DNA of 63,995 nucleotides, filler included, from Lama guanicoe (Eukaryota), in assembly GCA_013239625.1 (NCBI GenBank). It is 79 parts of 77 records of this genome, joined end to end, with 100 filler letters (N's around TTAATTAATTAA, not from the genome) between each part and the next. Parts side by side here need not be neighbours in the genome. Positions count along the whole stretch, not along the records: positions 61,177 to 61,620 come from PNXV01018309.1; positions 61,721 to 62,626 come from MU056079.1; positions 62,727 to 63,447 come from PNXV01018322.1; positions 63,548 to 63,995 come from PNXV01018335.1; 75 more parts are not named here. One strand, 5' to 3'. The number at the start of each line of letters is the position of its first letter. Within the stretch, counting starts at the first letter, position 1. A program made the position numbers and the translations under genes. This document shows positions 61,546-63,995 of the stretch, one piece after another. Below the pieces are notes generated by a model. It was not told the origin of the DNA and made no database searches. It saw nothing but the letters and a program-made list of their open reading frames with translations.

Positions 61546-62899
61546 TAAAAACAGTTTAAGGCACACTTTATATTGACAAAACGTGTCACCCACACAGAGG
61601 ATAGAATCATCATCTCACATNNNNNNNNNNNNNNNNNNNNNNNNNNNNNNNNNNNNNNNNNNNNTTAATTAATTAANNNNNNNNNNNNNNNNNNNNNNNN
61701 NNNNNNNNNNNNNNNNNNNNGGGATCATTCACTTTTTAAAAGTCAGAAGGCTAATGAGTGAAAAATGCTGAATAACTCACTGGTCATCATATGCAAACTA
61801 AAACAATGAAAAAGCACTTTTGCTCATCATATTGGCAAATATTTTTAAAAGATATTCTAGCTAGTGTCCATCTGTGAGAGAACAAACTGTGAGCGACGTG
61901 TTTGGAGGATGACATGTCAATGGATATGTAAACTCTGAAAAACGTGTGTANNNNNNNNNNNNNNNNNNNNNNNNNNNNNNNNNNNNNNNNNNNNNNNNNN
62001 NNNNNNNNNNNNNNNNNNNNNNNNNNNNNNNNNNNNNNNNNNNNNNNNNNNNNNNNNNNNNNNNNNNNNNNNNNNNNNNNNNNNNNNAGTGAAATCATAT
62101 CCAGCAATAGAGAATTGGTTACATAAGTAATTCTACATCTTTTCATTCCCCACAGGAGAAGGAATTTCTCGAGTCACTTGAAAAGAGCCTGTGATGAATG
62201 TAAAAGTCACATCCAGGGACTAAATTTCCAGAAGCCTTAACTAAAGGAATACTCATACGAGATCACAGGAATATTTGCAGAAGAAGGATGCCAGTAAAAC
62301 ATATTTTCTGACAGTAGAAAATGGAGAAAACTTAAGTGTCCACCATCAACACAACGATGTGGTAAATCACAGCGAGCTGTGGGCTCTGATGGGGCCGGCG
62401 TTCCGACATGGTCCAGGGCCTTGTCCGCAGCACTCTCCCACCAAAGGTGTCCTTGCACAAGAGAACACACCTGCACATCAGGGGACCCCTCCACTCTATC
62501 CGAAAGGACCGGGTGAGTCTTGAGTGGGAGGACGTCTATGATATACCCCTGAGTGAATAAAGCAAGCTGCGGAAAAAATATAGTATGGCCTTAGTTTTCA
62601 ATAAAGCATATATACACACACATATANNNNNNNNNNNNNNNNNNNNNNNNNNNNNNNNNNNNNNNNNNNNTTAATTAATTAANNNNNNNNNNNNNNNNNN
62701 NNNNNNNNNNNNNNNNNNNNNNNNNNTCCCCCACAGCCCTGCACGGCAATCCTACTGAAACAACCATGTCCTTTCTCAGAATCGCGCTGAAATTCCTTGT
62801 GCCTCTGATTGTTCGCTTTTCTTTCTTGAAAGCACATCTTGCCCTTTGCTTAAATGCCATCCCTGCTAGCCACCTCTTACACTCATTTTCCTGGACCTC

Positions 62900-63420
62900 G
62901 TCCATATATAGCTGCTGAATGGATGAACAAAATGTAGTATCTCCGTTTAGTGGAACATTATTCAGACATAAGGGTGAATAAAAAAGAAAAAATAAATAAA
63001 GGGGAATATGAAAAAAGCCACCTGATCTGGGAAGTCCACCGTGACTGCTCAACCCACCCTTTTCCCTTTGAAATCCCACCCCTTAAACTCCTCTCTACTC
63101 TTTTTGATAGTATTTACCACCTTCTAATAAAGTTTAACATTTTCATAAAAAAAAGAGAGATGCTGATACCACTTCAACATGGACGAGCCTTGATAACAGC
63201 ACGTTAAGTGAAAGGAACCAGACACCAACGGCCACATATTGTTGACTTCAGTGATCAGATAGGCACATGCAGAGGCAGAGAGCAGGTGATGGTTGCAAGG
63301 GGCTGGATGGAGGGGGGTTGGGGAGTGACTGCTAGTGACAGGGGTGTTCTTTTCGGACGATAAAGTGTTCTGGATATAGATGGTAGTAAGGGCTGCAAAA
63401 CCGTGAGTGTGCAGAAGACT
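62900..63420 (+). mobile_element. Ancient L1M-type 3' fragment
   Basis: GAATGGATGAACAAAATGTAGTAT...GGAACATTATTCAG; AACATGGACGAGCCTTGA...TAAGTGAAAGGAACCAGAC. Confidence 0.7.
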
Positions 63421-63995
63421 GCTGATGCTGTCTCTGGGAGTGCCTGTNNNNNNNNNNNNNNNNNNNNNNNNNNNNNNNNNNNNNNNNNNNNTTAATTAAT
63501 TAANNNNNNNNNNNNNNNNNNNNNNNNNNNNNNNNNNNNNNNNNNNNTCATCTCCGAATGCTGGCTCTGCCCCTCTCCTGGATCAAGCCCAGGGCAGTGA
63601 TGGAAGAAAGGTCGTTGGCAGTGGACATTGGGGTGGGATGGCGGCATAGATGGAAGTGGAGGTGGCGGTGTTCCCAGCACAGGTGGAGGTAGTGACGAGA
63701 ATGGCGAAGTCATGGTGAGGTTGTGCCAGTGTGGGGCTGTGGTACTGGCAGCGGTATTAATGATGGGGAGCCCCGTGCAACTGGTGGGGCTGTGCTGGTG
63801 ATGGCGATAGTGGGCACAGAAGGAGTGACGATGGCCATGGGGCAACAAGGATTAATGCCCACATGCATCCCAGCGTCCCACCTCCGATGGTGAACCCAGA
63901 AGGGATAAGCCAGCGTCCAGCATTCAGGATGCCCCAGCCCTCCCCAGACACTCAGGACGGGTTTGGCACACAAGGCAGGTTTATGGGGTACCACA

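Overview
This window is not contiguous genome. It is a concatenation of 79 short (about 0.3-1.3 kb) unplaced mammalian scaffolds joined by 78 artificial 100-bp linkers (44 N + TTAATTAATTAA + 44 N), so adjacency across linkers has no biological meaning. Four tandem-repeat classes make up a large share: a GC-rich ~267-bp satellite (6 scaffolds), a diverged ~240-248-bp satellite superfamily (4 scaffolds), an AT-rich heptamer-based satellite with higher-order structure (10 scaffolds) and a 16-bp GC-rich minisatellite. The rest is LINE-1 fragments (5'UTR, ORF1, long inter-ORF spacer, ORF2, 3' ends), ERV1-type LTRs, Tigger/MER DNA transposons, MIR/L2 remnants and unique DNA. The only recognisable gene-derived sequence is a disabled, intronless SOCS7 retrocopy that appears to derive from an exon-skipped mRNA. 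No intact protein-coding gene, RNA gene or CRISPR array is supported. The L1 3' ends and the lack of obvious lineage SINEs suggest a cetartiodactyl, possibly a camelid (inference only). The best leads are: a conserved ATG-initiated ~75-codon ORF in the L1 inter-ORF spacer that would overlap the ORF2 start; the bridge linking two ~246-bp satellites; higher-order satellite structure; and a GC-box VNTR in the L1 promoter. I found no convincing wholly new biological system.
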